Part shown: positions 37,256 through 46,662 of the stretch, one piece after another | How positions within the stretch are numbered: position 1 is the first letter of the stretch | Layout: each line of letters starts with the position of its first letter | Assembly: GCA_016870595.1 (NCBI GenBank) | Contig: VGBI01000002.1 | Coordinates: 10,623-74,622, forward strand | DNA: 64,000 bases | Direction of reading: 5' to 3' | Origin: Actinomycetota bacterium | Lineage (GTDB): Bacteria > Actinomycetota > Acidimicrobiia > IMCC26256 > PALSA-555 | The notes under the pieces: model-generated | What the model saw: the letters and a program-made list of their open reading frames with translations, nothing else | Databases searched by the model: none | Told to the model about the DNA's origin: nothing | Program-made: the position numbers and the translations under genes

Positions 37256-38083
37256 GTGACCGACCCGCCGGCCCCGAGCCCGTACAGCGTCCTGCCCGGC
37301 GAGGGGCCCTACGCGGCGGCGATCGGATCGGCTCTGATCACGATGGTCGAGCCCCACGAGGGGCACGAGCACGCGTACAACCGCTGGTACGAGGACGACC
37401 ACTTCAACTCGGGCGCCATGGCCATGCCGTGGATGTTCGCCGGCCGCCGGTGGGTCGCGCCCCGGCACCTCCAGGCGCTGCGCAGCCCGAGCGACTCGGT
37501 GATCGCGCAACCGGTCGACGCCGGGAAGTACATCACCTGCTACTGGATCACCGCCGGGCGCTACGAGGACCACCTGCGGTGGTCGGTGGCGACCAACCAG
37601 CGGCTCCTCCCCGACGGACGCGTGTACCTCGACCGCACCCACGTGTACACGTCGTTCCAGGAGTACCTGGGCGCGGTGTACCGCGACCCGACCGGCCCGC
37701 GCGACGTCCACGCGCTCGACCACCCGTACGCGGGCCTGGTGGTCGAGGTGGTGGACGCGGCCGACGACCGGGTGACCCTGGTCGAGTGGTTGCGCACCGG
37801 CCCGCTGCCCGAACGCCTGGCCGGCTCGGCGGCCGCGATGACTCTGCTGTTCGCGCCCTACCCGCTGCCCGCCGACAAGATGGCCTACGTGGAGGACGTG
37901 CCCGGGCTTGAGCGCCGGGTCACGCTGCTGACGTTCACCCAGGTGCCGCCCGACGAGGCCTGGACCACCTTCGCCGGGCTCGGCGCCGCGGTCGCGGCGG
38001 CGGGCCGCGGCCGGGTCGAGCTCTCGGCGCCGTTCGTGCCCACCGTCCCCGGGACCGACACCTACGTCGACCAGCTCCGCTGA
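37256..38083 (+). CDS. Hypothetical protein (275 aa)
   Basis: Realistic composition and GTG start, lying within a lipid-metabolism gene run. No family was recognised. Confidence 0.55.
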   Translation: MTDPPAPSPYSVLPGEGPYAAAIGSALITMVEPHEGHEHAYNRWYEDDHFNSGAMAMPWMFAGRRWVAPRHLQALRSPSDSVIAQPVDAGKYITCYWITAGRYEDHLRWSVATNQRLLPDGRVYLDRTHVYTSFQEYLGAVYRDPTGPRDVHALDHPYAGLVVEVVDAADDRVTLVEWLRTGPLPERLAGSAAAMTLLFAPYPLPADKMAYVEDVPGLERRVTLLTFTQVPPDEAWTTFAGLGAAVAAAGRGRVELSAPFVPTVPGTDTYVDQLR

Positions 38084-38115
38084 CCCCGACCCGCACCCCC
38101 GCCGAGGAGCAGACC

Positions 38116-39012
38116 GTGGACACGATCACCGGCGCCAAGATCCTCGTCACCGGACCCAACAGCAGCGTGGGGCTCCCGGTCGCGCTCGACCTCGCGACCC
38201 GCAACGAGGTCTGGGGCGTCGCCCGGTTCGGGAACGCCGACCTGCGGGCCCGGCTCGAGGCCGGGGGCGTGCACTGCGAGACGGTGGACTTCGCCACCGC
38301 CGACTTCACCGGGCTGCCCGACGACTTCGACTACGTCTGCAACTTCGCGGTCGCCCGCGGCGGCGACGGCGACTGGGACCGGGACCTCGCCGCCAACGGC
38401 GAGGCGGTCGGGCTCCTGCTCGCCCGCTGCCGCCGGGCGACCGCGTTCCTGCACTGCTCGTCGACCGCGGTCTACCAGCCCGCCGGCGCGCATCCGCTCG
38501 CCGAGACCGACTCGCTCGGCGACAACCACCGGGCGATGTTCGCCACCTACAGCATCGCCAAGATCGCGTCTGAGGTGGTGGCCCGCACCGCGTGTCGCCA
38601 GTTCGGCGTCCCCACCACCGTCGCCCGGCTCAACGTGCCCTACGGCGACCACCTCGGCTGGCCGTGGTTCCACCTGAAGATGATGGAGGCGGGGCTCGCC
38701 ATCCCCGTCCACCCCGACCGACCCAACCGGTTCAACCCGATCCACGCCGACGACATCGTGCGCCAGGTGCCGTGGCTGCTCGCCGCCGCGTCGGTCCCGG
38801 CCACCGTCGTGAACTGGGCCGGTGGACCCGCGACCGTGGAGGAGTGGTGCGGGCTCATCGCCGAGCTCACCGGACTCGAGGCTCGGTTCGAGGAGACCGA
38901 GCGCACCATCGGCTCGGTCACCACCGACAACACCCGCATGCACGCGCTGGTCGGCCCGGCCGAGGTGGACTGGCGGACCGGCATCACGCGGATGGTCGCC
39001 GCGAACCGGTGA
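38116..39012 (+). CDS. NAD-dependent epimerase/dehydratase family (extended SDR) protein
   Basis: KILVTGPNSSVGLPVA is the Rossmann motif and YSIAKIASE is the YxxxK motif. GAGGAG precedes GTG 38116. Confidence 0.8.
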   Translation: MDTITGAKILVTGPNSSVGLPVALDLATRNEVWGVARFGNADLRARLEAGGVHCETVDFATADFTGLPDDFDYVCNFAVARGGDGDWDRDLAANGEAVGLLLARCRRATAFLHCSSTAVYQPAGAHPLAETDSLGDNHRAMFATYSIAKIASEVVARTACRQFGVPTTVARLNVPYGDHLGWPWFHLKMMEAGLAIPVHPDRPNRFNPIHADDIVRQVPWLLAAASVPATVVNWAGGPATVEEWCGLIAELTGLEARFEETERTIGSVTTDNTRMHALVGPAEVDWRTGITRMVAANR

Positions 39013-39016
39013 TCCC

Positions 39017-39106
39017 GGTCGCGCGGGTCGCGCGGGTCGCGTGGATCGCATGGATCGCATGGATCGCATGGATCGCGTGGATCGCGTGGATCGCGTGGAT
39101 CGGGTG
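39017..39106. repeat. 9-bp tandem repeat array, 10 units (GGTCGCGCG x2, GGTCGCGTG, GATCGCATG x3, GATCGCGTG x3, GATCGGGTG)
   Basis: Read directly. Intergenic, starting 5 nt after the epimerase stop. Confidence 0.9.
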
Positions 39107-39148
39107 GGGCCGGCACCGGCGCGCGTCGTGAGTGCCGCCGGACAGAGA

Positions 39149-39181
39149 AACGACCGAGGAACGACCGAGGAACGACCGAGG
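39149..39181. repeat. 11-bp tandem repeat AACGACCGAGG x3 abutting the echA start
   Basis: Read directly. Each unit carries a GAGG Shine-Dalgarno-like core, and the last unit ends 7 nt before ATG 39189. Confidence 0.9.
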
Positions 39182-39188
39182 AGGACGG

Positions 39189-39989
39189 ATGCCCGACGAC
39201 GTGGTGCTGACCGAGGTGCGCGACGGCGTCGCGGTGATCACCCTGAACCGGCCCGAGGCCCGCAATGCGATCAACCACGCGCTGGGCGCACGGCTGCCCG
39301 AGGTGGTGGCCGAGCTCGACGCCCGTGACGACGTGGCCGTGATGATCCTCACCGGGGCCGACCCGGCGTTCTGCGCCGGGGCCGACCTCAAGGAGCTGGG
39401 GAGCCGCGAGGGCACCGGCGCCGACGCGCTCAGCGTGTACGACGCCGACGGCCGCCTGCCCTACCGCGGTCCGTTCGCCCCCCGCACCAAGCTGCTGATC
39501 GGCGCGGTCAACGGCCCCGCGATCACGGGCGGGTTCGAGCTCGCGCTCAACTGCGACTTCCTCGTGGCGTCGGAGCGGGCCCGCTTCGCCGACACCCACG
39601 CCCGGGTGGGGATCCTCCCGGGCTGGGGGCTGACGGTGCTGCTGTGCCAGTCGGTCGGGGTGCGCCGGGCTCGCGAGCTCAGCGCCACCGGCAACTACCT
39701 GTCGGCCGAGCAGGCGCTCACGTGGGGTCTGGTCAACCACGTGGTGCCCCACGAGGAGCTGCTCACGTTCACCCGCGGGATCGCAGCGGCGATCGCCGGC
39801 AACAACGCCGAGGCGGTCGGCGAGCTGATGCGCTGCTACGAGCGGGTGGTGAATGTGACCGGCGACGACGCGTGGGACGTCGAGGCCCGGGTCAACTTCG
39901 ACTGGATCAGCCGCACCTACGACCCCGCCGTGATCGCGGCCCGGCGCGACGCGGTGGTCGAGCGGGGCCGGTCGCAGAACCGCGGCTGA
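39189..39989 (+). CDS. Enoyl-CoA hydratase/isomerase (crotonase) family
   Basis: VAVITLNRPEARNAIN...ILTGADPAFCAGADLKE...GPAITGGFELAL. Confidence 0.9.
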   Translation: MPDDVVLTEVRDGVAVITLNRPEARNAINHALGARLPEVVAELDARDDVAVMILTGADPAFCAGADLKELGSREGTGADALSVYDADGRLPYRGPFAPRTKLLIGAVNGPAITGGFELALNCDFLVASERARFADTHARVGILPGWGLTVLLCQSVGVRRARELSATGNYLSAEQALTWGLVNHVVPHEELLTFTRGIAAAIAGNNAEAVGELMRCYERVVNVTGDDAWDVEARVNFDWISRTYDPAVIAARRDAVVERGRSQNRG

Positions 39990-40011
39990 GGGCCGCTCGC
40001 CGCGGCGGCGC

Positions 40012-41115
40012 TCAGGCCCGGAGCGTCTCGACCGAGATGGTCGCGGCGGCGAGCACCTCGGGGTCGACGGTCACGCCGGTGCCGGGCCCGGTGGGCACGG
40101 TGAGCCGTCCGTCGTCGAGCACGAAGGGATCGGTCACGACGTCGCGGGCGTAGTAGCGGTCGGACGCCGACGTGTCGCCGGGCAGGGTGAAGCCCGGCAA
40201 CGCGGCGAGCGCGACGTTGGCGGCACGCCCGATGCCGGTCTCGAGCATCCCGCCGCACCACACCGGCACCGACCGTGCCGCGCACACGTCGTGGACCCGG
40301 ACCGCCTCGAGGTACCCACCGACGCGACCGGCCTTGACGTTGACGATCCGGCAGGCCCCGAGCGCGAGGGCGGTCTCGGCGACGCTCGCGGAGGTGATCG
40401 ACTCGTCGAGGCAGATCGGGGTCGTGACCCGCCGGGCCAGCTCGGCGTGCCCGAGCAGGTCGTCCTCGGCCAGCGGCTGCTCGATCATCAGCAGGTCGAA
40501 GGGATCGAGGGCGGCGAGGCGGTCGGCGGCGCCGACCGTGTACGCCGCGTTCGCGTCGACCTGCAGGGCGAGGTCGGGATGACGTTCCCGGACCGCCCGC
40601 ACCGGCTCGACGTCGAAGCCTGGCTCGATCTTCAGCTTGACCCGGTGGTAGCCCGCGTCGACGTACGCGTCGACCTGGGCGCACAGCTCGTCGAGCGGGA
40701 ACATCCCGACCGACACGCCGCAGTCGACGGTGGTGCGGACGGCGCCCAGGTGCTCGGCCAGGGACCGGCCCCCGGTCCGCAGCTCGGCGTCGAGCACCGC
40801 GAGCTCGAGCGCGGCCTTGGCCATCGGGTGGCCGACGACCGGTGCGAGGAGGTTCCCGAGCCCGGCGGCGGTCACCGTCGGGGCCGCGAGCACCCGCGGG
40901 GCGAGGAACTCCCGCAGGACGGCCTGTGCGCCTGCGACGTACTCGGGCGAGTAGCCGGGGTCGGGGAACGCCACGCACTCGCCCCAGCCCTCCACGTCGT
41001 CGGCGGTGACGCGCACGAGGAGGATGTCGCGGTCGGTGAGGGTCCCGAACGCGGTGCGGAACGGGGCGACGAGCGGCAGCGCGATCCGCCGCAGCTCGAC
41101 CGCGTCGATCTTCAC
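40012..41115 (-). CDS. Enolase-superfamily o-succinylbenzoate synthase / N-acyl(succinyl)amino acid racemase-like
   Basis: VAPFRTAFGTLTDRDILLV...KLKI...QVDANAAY...IEQPL...LDES metal-ligand pattern. GTG 41115 overlaps the GNAT stop (GTGA). Confidence 0.85.
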   Translation of the reverse strand: MKIDAVELRRIALPLVAPFRTAFGTLTDRDILLVRVTADDVEGWGECVAFPDPGYSPEYVAGAQAVLREFLAPRVLAAPTVTAAGLGNLLAPVVGHPMAKAALELAVLDAELRTGGRSLAEHLGAVRTTVDCGVSVGMFPLDELCAQVDAYVDAGYHRVKLKIEPGFDVEPVRAVRERHPDLALQVDANAAYTVGAADRLAALDPFDLLMIEQPLAEDDLLGHAELARRVTTPICLDESITSASVAETALALGACRIVNVKAGRVGGYLEAVRVHDVCAARSVPVWCGGMLETGIGRAANVALAALPGFTLPGDTSASDRYYARDVVTDPFVLDDGRLTVPTGPGTGVTVDPEVLAAATISVETLRA

Positions 41116-41972
41116 CGTGGGTCGCCCTCGGCCAGCACCCACCAGCCGTCGCGGGTCGCGCCCACCGCGCGGTAGCCGAGCGCCATCGCCTCACCGATCG
41201 CGTCGCGGGCCGCCTGGCGCCAGGCCCGGGCCGCCGCCGGATCGGTGGCGCGCAGCGCAACGACGTCGGCGGGCACGGCGGCGAGCAGGATCGGGGCGCG
41301 CCGGGCGTCGCGCCACACCTCGCCGTCGGTCGAGAGGATGACCTCGGCCCCCGCCGCCGCCAGGGTCGAGAGGTCGGGCTCGGGGTGCCCGACCGGACCG
41401 GTGAGGTCCCACCGGGCCTCGACCCGGTCGGTCGCGTCGCCCGCGTTCACGGGGTCGGTCATGGTGCCGTAGAGGTCGGCGTGGTACACCGCGCCCACTG
41501 CCCCGAGCCGGGTCAGGTTGAAGTAGGCGTTGCGGGCGATCAACGGGTCGAAGGTCCAGCGGATCTCGGTGATCCCGCGCGCGAGGGCCCACTCGCGTTG
41601 CGCGACCTTGAGCGCGCGCCCGATGCCCCGGTGCTGATGGTCGGGATCGATGCCGGTGGCGTGCGAGTGCACGTGGACGCCACCGGGGTGGGTGCCCACG
41701 AACCCCACCGACACGCCGAGCAGGGCGGCCGGGTCGTGGGCCCGCCCCGCGCGGTAGGCGCCGAGTAGGGGCTCGCCGGCCAGCAGGTAGGCGCGGAACG
41801 TGGTGGGATCGACCAGGCCGCGACCCGGGGGCGTCCCCCAGATTCGGGCGATGCACGCATTGGCCGACGCCAGGTCGTCGGGGCCCAGCGCCACGACCTC
41901 GATCGCCTCGCCCGGCTCGCCCGTCGCTCCTGCCCCCGGGGCACGGGGCGTCGGGTCGGGAGGCGGGTGCAT
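41112..41972 (-). CDS. GNAT family N-acyltransferase (286 aa)
   Basis: This is the C-terminal 286 codons of listed ORF 41112..42848. GIDPDHQHRGIGRALKVAQREWA matches GNAT motif A. Confidence 0.68.
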   Translation of the reverse strand: MHPPPDPTPRAPGAGATGEPGEAIEVVALGPDDLASANACIARIWGTPPGRGLVDPTTFRAYLLAGEPLLGAYRAGRAHDPAALLGVSVGFVGTHPGGVHVHSHATGIDPDHQHRGIGRALKVAQREWALARGITEIRWTFDPLIARNAYFNLTRLGAVGAVYHADLYGTMTDPVNAGDATDRVEARWDLTGPVGHPEPDLSTLAAAGAEVILSTDGEVWRDARRAPILLAAVPADVVALRATDPAAARAWRQAARDAIGEAMALGYRAVGATRDGWWVLAEGDPR

Positions 41973-42057
41973 GGCTGGTGAGGCTACGTTCCGGGGGCGT
42001 CGACCGCCCGGGCCGGGCGGGGCGCGCACCCGGACGGGTCCCCGAGGAGGCAGCACC

Positions 42058-42930
42058 GTGAAGGCCGCGCCGTTCGACCACCACGCACCCGAGACCGTGG
42101 CCGAGGCGGCGGCACTGCTCGCCGAGTTCGGCGACGAGGCGAAGGTGCTGGCCGGGGGCCAGAGCCTCCTGCCCCTGCTCTCCCTGCGCCTGACCCGCTT
42201 CGAGCACCTCGTCGACGTGCACCGCGTGGTGGAGCTGCACGGCATCACCCGGACCGACGACGCGCTGCGCATCGGGGCCGCGACCCTCCAGGCCGAGGCC
42301 GAGCACGACGCCGTGGTCGCGGGCGCGGTGCCGCTGCTGGCCCGGGCCCTCCCGCACATCGGGCACTTCCAGATCCGCAACCGCGGCACCGTCGGCGGGT
42401 CGCTCGCCCACGCCGACCCGGCGTCCGAGCTCCCGACCGTGGCGCTCACCCTCGGCGCGACGTTCGAGGCGGCCAGCGTGCGGGGCACACGGGAGATCGC
42501 GGCCGACGACTTCTTCACCGGCACCTGGTCGACCGCGCTCGCCGAGGACGAGATCCTGGTGGGCACCCGGTTCCCGGTGTGGGCGGGCCGCACCGGGTAC
42601 GGCTTCGCCGAGGTGGCCCGCCGCCACGGCGACTTCGCGCTCGCCGGCGTCGCCGCCGCGGTCGCGCTCGACGCCGACGACCGGATCACCCGGGTGGCCG
42701 TCGGGATGCTCGGGGTGGGTGCCACGCCGGTTCGGGTGGGCGCGGCCGAGGCCGCGCTGGTCGGCACGGTCCCCGACGGCGCCGCACTGGCCGAGGCGGC
42801 CCGGGCCGGGATGGCCGCGCTCGACCCGGCCGACGACCTGCACGCCACCGCGGCGTACCGCCGCCGGGTGGGCGCGCACCTGATGGAGACCGCGCTGGGC
42901 GCGGCGATCGAGGAGGCCCGCCGTGGCTGA
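42058..42930 (+). CDS. FAD-binding medium subunit of xanthine dehydrogenase/CO dehydrogenase family (CoxM-like)
   Basis: KVLAGGQSLLPLL...IRNRGTVGGSLAHADP. GAGGAGG precedes GTG 42058. Confidence 0.88.
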   Translation: MKAAPFDHHAPETVAEAAALLAEFGDEAKVLAGGQSLLPLLSLRLTRFEHLVDVHRVVELHGITRTDDALRIGAATLQAEAEHDAVVAGAVPLLARALPHIGHFQIRNRGTVGGSLAHADPASELPTVALTLGATFEAASVRGTREIAADDFFTGTWSTALAEDEILVGTRFPVWAGRTGYGFAEVARRHGDFALAGVAAAVALDADDRITRVAVGMLGVGATPVRVGAAEAALVGTVPDGAALAEAARAGMAALDPADDLHATAAYRRRVGAHLMETALGAAIEEARRG

Positions 42931-43414
42931 GCACCACATCCGCTGCACCGTCAACGGCCAGGCCCGGCGCGGCATCGTCGAGAGCCGGACGACCCTGGCC
43001 GACTTCCTGCGCGAGGGCCTCGGGCTCACCGGCACGCACCTCGCCTGCGAGCACGGGGTGTGCGGCGCGTGCACGGTCACCGTCGACGGTCGGGCGATCC
43101 GGTCGTGCCTCATGCTCGCGGTGCAGGCCGAGGGCGCGACGGTGACCACGGTCGAGGGACTCGCCGGCGCCGACGGCACGCTCTCGCCGGTCCAGCAGGC
43201 GTTCATGGACGCGCACGGGCTGCAGTGCGGCTTCTGCACCCCGGGCTTCGTGATGAGCGTGACCGCGTTCCTCGAGGCGAACCCCGACCCGACCGATGCC
43301 GAGATCCGCGAGGGGATCAGCGGGAACCTCTGCCGCTGCACCGGCTACCAGGGCATCGTCGAGGCGGTCCGACTCGCCGCCACCCGCCGGCGCGCCGCGG
43401 AGGTGGGGGCATGA
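42923..43414 (+). CDS. [2Fe-2S] small subunit (CoxS-like)
   Basis: CEHGVCGACTV and QCGFCTPGF...CRCTGY cluster motifs. Confidence 0.93.
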   Translation: MAEHHIRCTVNGQARRGIVESRTTLADFLREGLGLTGTHLACEHGVCGACTVTVDGRAIRSCLMLAVQAEGATVTTVEGLAGADGTLSPVQQAFMDAHGLQCGFCTPGFVMSVTAFLEANPDPTDAEIREGISGNLCRCTGYQGIVEAVRLAATRRRAAEVGA

Positions 43415-45741
43415 GCGCCCCGGCGGCGGGGCGCTACGTCGGGCAGGCGATCCAACGCAAGGAGGACCCGCGCCTGCTCACCGGCCACGGGCGCTACGTC
43501 GACGACATCGTCGTGCCGCGGATGCTGCACGCCGCGTTCGTGCGCTCCGATCTGCCCAGCGCGCGCATCACGGCGATCGACGTGAGCGCCGCACTCGGGC
43601 TCGAGGGCGTGTCGGCGGTGTTCACCGGGGCCGACCTCAACCCCGGTGCCGGGACCATGCAGCCGTCGATGATGGCGGAGAACCCCGCGGCGGTGGTCGC
43701 GCCCCTCACGCCGCTCGCCGCCGACGACGTGCGCTTCGTGGGCGACCCGGTCGCGATCGTGATCGCGGAGAGCCGGGCCCTGGCCGAGGACGCCGCCGAG
43801 CTCGTCGTGGTCGACTACGAGCCCCGGGACGCGGTCGCTTCGATGGAGGCGGCGCTCGCCGACGGCGCGCCGCTCGTGCACCCGGAGCTCGGCGGCAACG
43901 TGGCCTCCGACCTGGCCCTGCCCGAGGACCCCGAGCTCGAGGCGATCTTCGCGTCGGCCGCGCACGTGGTCACCGAGCGGCTCGTGCAGCACCGGCACAC
44001 CCCCACGCCGATGGAGACCCGCGGCGTCGTGGCGTCGTTCGACCCGGTGACCGACCAGCTCGAGGTCTGGCTCTCGACCCAGGGGCCGCACGAGGCCCGG
44101 CGCACGTTCGCCCGGGTGAGCGGCCTGCCCGAGGGCCACGTGCACGTGCGGATGGGTGATGTCGGTGGTGGGTTCGGCCAGAAGTTCTTCACCCCCCGCG
44201 AGGAGCAGACCGTCGTCCTCGCGGCGAAGCGTCTCGGTGCCCCGGTGAAGTGGATCGAGGACCGGCGCGAGAACCTGCTCGCCGCGAACCACGCGCGCAG
44301 CGACGTGGCGACCGTGTCGCTCGCGCTCGACGCCGACGGCCACGTGCTCGCGGCCAAGCTCGACCACCTCGAGGAGGCCGGGGCGTGGCCGGTCGGGGGC
44401 ACCGGCGGGGTCGGGCCGTTCGTGGCGATGCTCTTCCCCGGCCCCTACCGGATCCCGAGGATCTGGTGGCGCAGCCGGGTGGTGTGGACCAACACGGCGG
44501 GCCGGGGCGCGTACCGGGGCCCGTGGATGTTCGAGTCGGTGGCCCGGGAGCAGATGCTCGACGTGGCCGCCCGGGCCACCGGGATCGACCCGCTCGAGCT
44601 GCGGCGGCGCAACGTGGTCGGCGACGACGAGCAGCCCTACACGATGGCCACCGGCATGACGTTCAGCGCGACGACGTCGGCGACGACGTTGGAGCACGCG
44701 GCCCGGGTCATCGGGTACGACGACTTCCGGGCCGAGCAGGCCCGGGCCCGGGCCGAGGGTCGGCTGCTCGGTCTCGGCATCGGTCTCTACATCGAGCCCA
44801 CCTCGACCCCGGCGGCCACCCTCGGCGTGGAGGCGGCGACCGTGCGGGTCGAGTCGGGGGGCGGCGTCACCGTGTTCCTCGGCACCGCGGCCCACGGCCA
44901 GAGCATCGAGACCACCATGGCCCAGGTCGTCGCCGAGCACCTCGGCGTGGCCTACGAGGACGTCCGCGTGGTGCAGGGCGACACCGACCGGACCCCGTTC
45001 GGTGGCGGCACCGGGGGCAGTCGCACCGCGGTCATCGCAGGGAACGCGAGCCGTGAGGCCGCGCTGAAGGTGCGCGAGATGGTGGTGGGCGTCGCGGCGC
45101 ACCTCCTCGAGGCCGCGCCCGAGGACCTCGAGGTGCACGACGGCGTCGTCTCGGTGCGGGGAACCCCCGTGCGCAACGTGTCGTTGGCGGCGGTGGCCGC
45201 CGCCGTGCACAACGCGGGTACGGGCCTCCCTCCCGACGTCCCCCGCCTGCTCGAGGCCACCGGCCGCTACCAGACCTCGAGCCCGACCTGGTCGAACGCG
45301 TGTCACATCTGCACGGTCGAGGTCGATCGGATCACCGGGCAGGTCGAGATCCTGCGCTACGTGGTGAGCGAGGACTGCGGCCGCATGCTCAACCCGATGG
45401 TGGTCGAGGGTCAGGTCCACGGTGGCGTGGTGCAGGGCATCGGTGGGGTGCTCTACGAGCACTTCGTGTACGACGAGGCGGGAAACCCGCTCACCACCAC
45501 CTTCCTCGACTACCTGCTGCCCACCGCCGCCGAGTCGCCCCGGATCGAGATCGACCACGTGGTCACCGACGGGCCCAACCCCGAGGGCGTGAAGGGGATG
45601 GGCGAGGGCGGGGCCATCGGGTCGGTGCCGGCGGTGGTCAACGCGGTGGCCGACGCACTGGCCCAGGTGGGTGCGACGGTGACCGAGCAGCCGATCACCC
45701 CGGTGCGGGTGGTCGAGGCGCTCGAGGCCGTGGGGGCCTGA
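43411..45741 (+). CDS. Molybdopterin-binding large subunit (CoxL/xanthine dehydrogenase family)
   Basis: 776 aa from ATG 43411 (ATGA overlap): GQAIQRKEDPRLLTG...GGGFGQK...GAYRGP...MGEGGAIG. Confidence 0.92.
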   Translation: MSAPAAGRYVGQAIQRKEDPRLLTGHGRYVDDIVVPRMLHAAFVRSDLPSARITAIDVSAALGLEGVSAVFTGADLNPGAGTMQPSMMAENPAAVVAPLTPLAADDVRFVGDPVAIVIAESRALAEDAAELVVVDYEPRDAVASMEAALADGAPLVHPELGGNVASDLALPEDPELEAIFASAAHVVTERLVQHRHTPTPMETRGVVASFDPVTDQLEVWLSTQGPHEARRTFARVSGLPEGHVHVRMGDVGGGFGQKFFTPREEQTVVLAAKRLGAPVKWIEDRRENLLAANHARSDVATVSLALDADGHVLAAKLDHLEEAGAWPVGGTGGVGPFVAMLFPGPYRIPRIWWRSRVVWTNTAGRGAYRGPWMFESVAREQMLDVAARATGIDPLELRRRNVVGDDEQPYTMATGMTFSATTSATTLEHAARVIGYDDFRAEQARARAEGRLLGLGIGLYIEPTSTPAATLGVEAATVRVESGGGVTVFLGTAAHGQSIETTMAQVVAEHLGVAYEDVRVVQGDTDRTPFGGGTGGSRTAVIAGNASREAALKVREMVVGVAAHLLEAAPEDLEVHDGVVSVRGTPVRNVSLAAVAAAVHNAGTGLPPDVPRLLEATGRYQTSSPTWSNACHICTVEVDRITGQVEILRYVVSEDCGRMLNPMVVEGQVHGGVVQGIGGVLYEHFVYDEAGNPLTTTFLDYLLPTAAESPRIEIDHVVTDGPNPEGVKGMGEGGAIGSVPAVVNAVADALAQVGATVTEQPITPVRVVEALEAVGA

Positions 45742-45746
45742 CCACC

Positions 45747-46118
45747 GTGGCCGCCGACCGCGGCCCCGCGGCCCCGGTCTCCGCCCTGCTCGACCTCGCC
45801 GCGGTCACGGCGTTCGTGCTCGTCGGCCGGCGCAGCCATGACGGCGGCAGCAGCATCGCCGACTTCCTGCGCATCTGGTGGCCCTTCGCGTTGGGCCTCG
45901 CCGTCGCCGGACCCCTCAGTGGCGCGTGGCGGCGCCCCGACAGATGGCTCCGGTTCGTGGGGATGGTCGTGGGGACGGTGGCCGTGGGCGTGGCCCTGCG
46001 GGTCGGCGTGCAGGACCGCGCGCTGGCCTGGTCGTTCGTGATCGTCACCACGCTGTTCCTGCTCGCGGTGGGCGGAGCCTGGCGGTTGGTCGCCGTGTTG
46101 GTGGCGCGGCGCCGCTAA
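45747..46118 (+). CDS. DUF3054-like small membrane protein
   Basis: 123 aa from GTG 45747: AAVTAFVLVGRRSHDGG...WPFALGL; 4 TM segments. Confidence 0.62.
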   Translation: MAADRGPAAPVSALLDLAAVTAFVLVGRRSHDGGSSIADFLRIWWPFALGLAVAGPLSGAWRRPDRWLRFVGMVVGTVAVGVALRVGVQDRALAWSFVIVTTLFLLAVGGAWRLVAVLVARRR

Positions 46119-46528
46119 GGGGTGAGGCCGAGGTCGGCGAGCGCGGTGCGGATGTGCGCGGCGGCGTCGGCCAGGGCCGCCGGGTCCACGGTGCGCGCGC
46201 TGCGCGAGAGGTGGAGGTCGTCCTCGCCCCAGATCGGTAGCACGTGCAGATGGCAGTGCGGCACCTCGAACCCGGCGATCTCCATGCCGACGCGGGGCGG
46301 GCGGAACGCGTGCTGGATGCCCTGCCCCACCGCCCGGGCCACCACCATGAGGTGCGCGGCGAGATCGGGGTCGAGGTCGAGCCAGTGGTCGATCTCGACC
46401 CGGGGGACCACGAGCGCGTGGCCCACGGTGATCGGGTTGATCGACAGGAAGGCGACGGCCCGATCGTCCTGCCAGACGAAGTGGCCGGGGATCTCACCGT
46501 CGATGATGCGGGTGAACACGGTCGCCAC
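46115..46528 (-). CDS. HIT (histidine triad) family nucleotide hydrolase
   Basis: FTRIIDGEIP...AFLSINPITVGHALVVP...VPHCHLHVLP. Confidence 0.9.
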   Translation of the reverse strand: MATVFTRIIDGEIPGHFVWQDDRAVAFLSINPITVGHALVVPRVEIDHWLDLDPDLAAHLMVVARAVGQGIQHAFRPPRVGMEIAGFEVPHCHLHVLPIWGEDDLHLSRSARTVDPAALADAAAHIRTALADLGLTP

Positions 46529-46543
46529 GGTGGGTCAACCTAA

Positions 46544-46590
46544 CCCGTGGCGCGACATCACCCGTGGCGCGACATCACCCGTGGCGCGAC
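46544..46590. repeat. 17-bp tandem repeat CCCGTGGCGCGACATCA x2.8
   Basis: Read directly, in the divergent HIT/SDR intergenic region. Confidence 0.9.
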
Positions 46591-46662
46591 CCTGCGCCTA
46601 CGCTGCGGCCGTCCCGCTGCCAGCCCCGCCCGACCCCGCCCGACCCCGTCAGGAGCACCACC

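Noticed and set aside
39017-39106. CRISPR array or a coding repeat protein (AWIAWIAWI... in listed ORF 38592..39131)
   Set aside because: The units are 9 bp and contiguous with no spacers, so this is not CRISPR. The ORFs crossing it have no start or RBS support and lie between two well-defined genes.
43411-45741. Genuine aerobic CO dehydrogenase (form I CoxL)
   Set aside because: The gene order (M-S-L) fits. The diagnostic form-I active-site loop (AYxCSFR) is absent, though, and the corresponding region reads GAYRGPW. No coxDEFG accessory genes follow. I therefore called it only a member of the xanthine dehydrogenase/CODH molybdoenzyme family.
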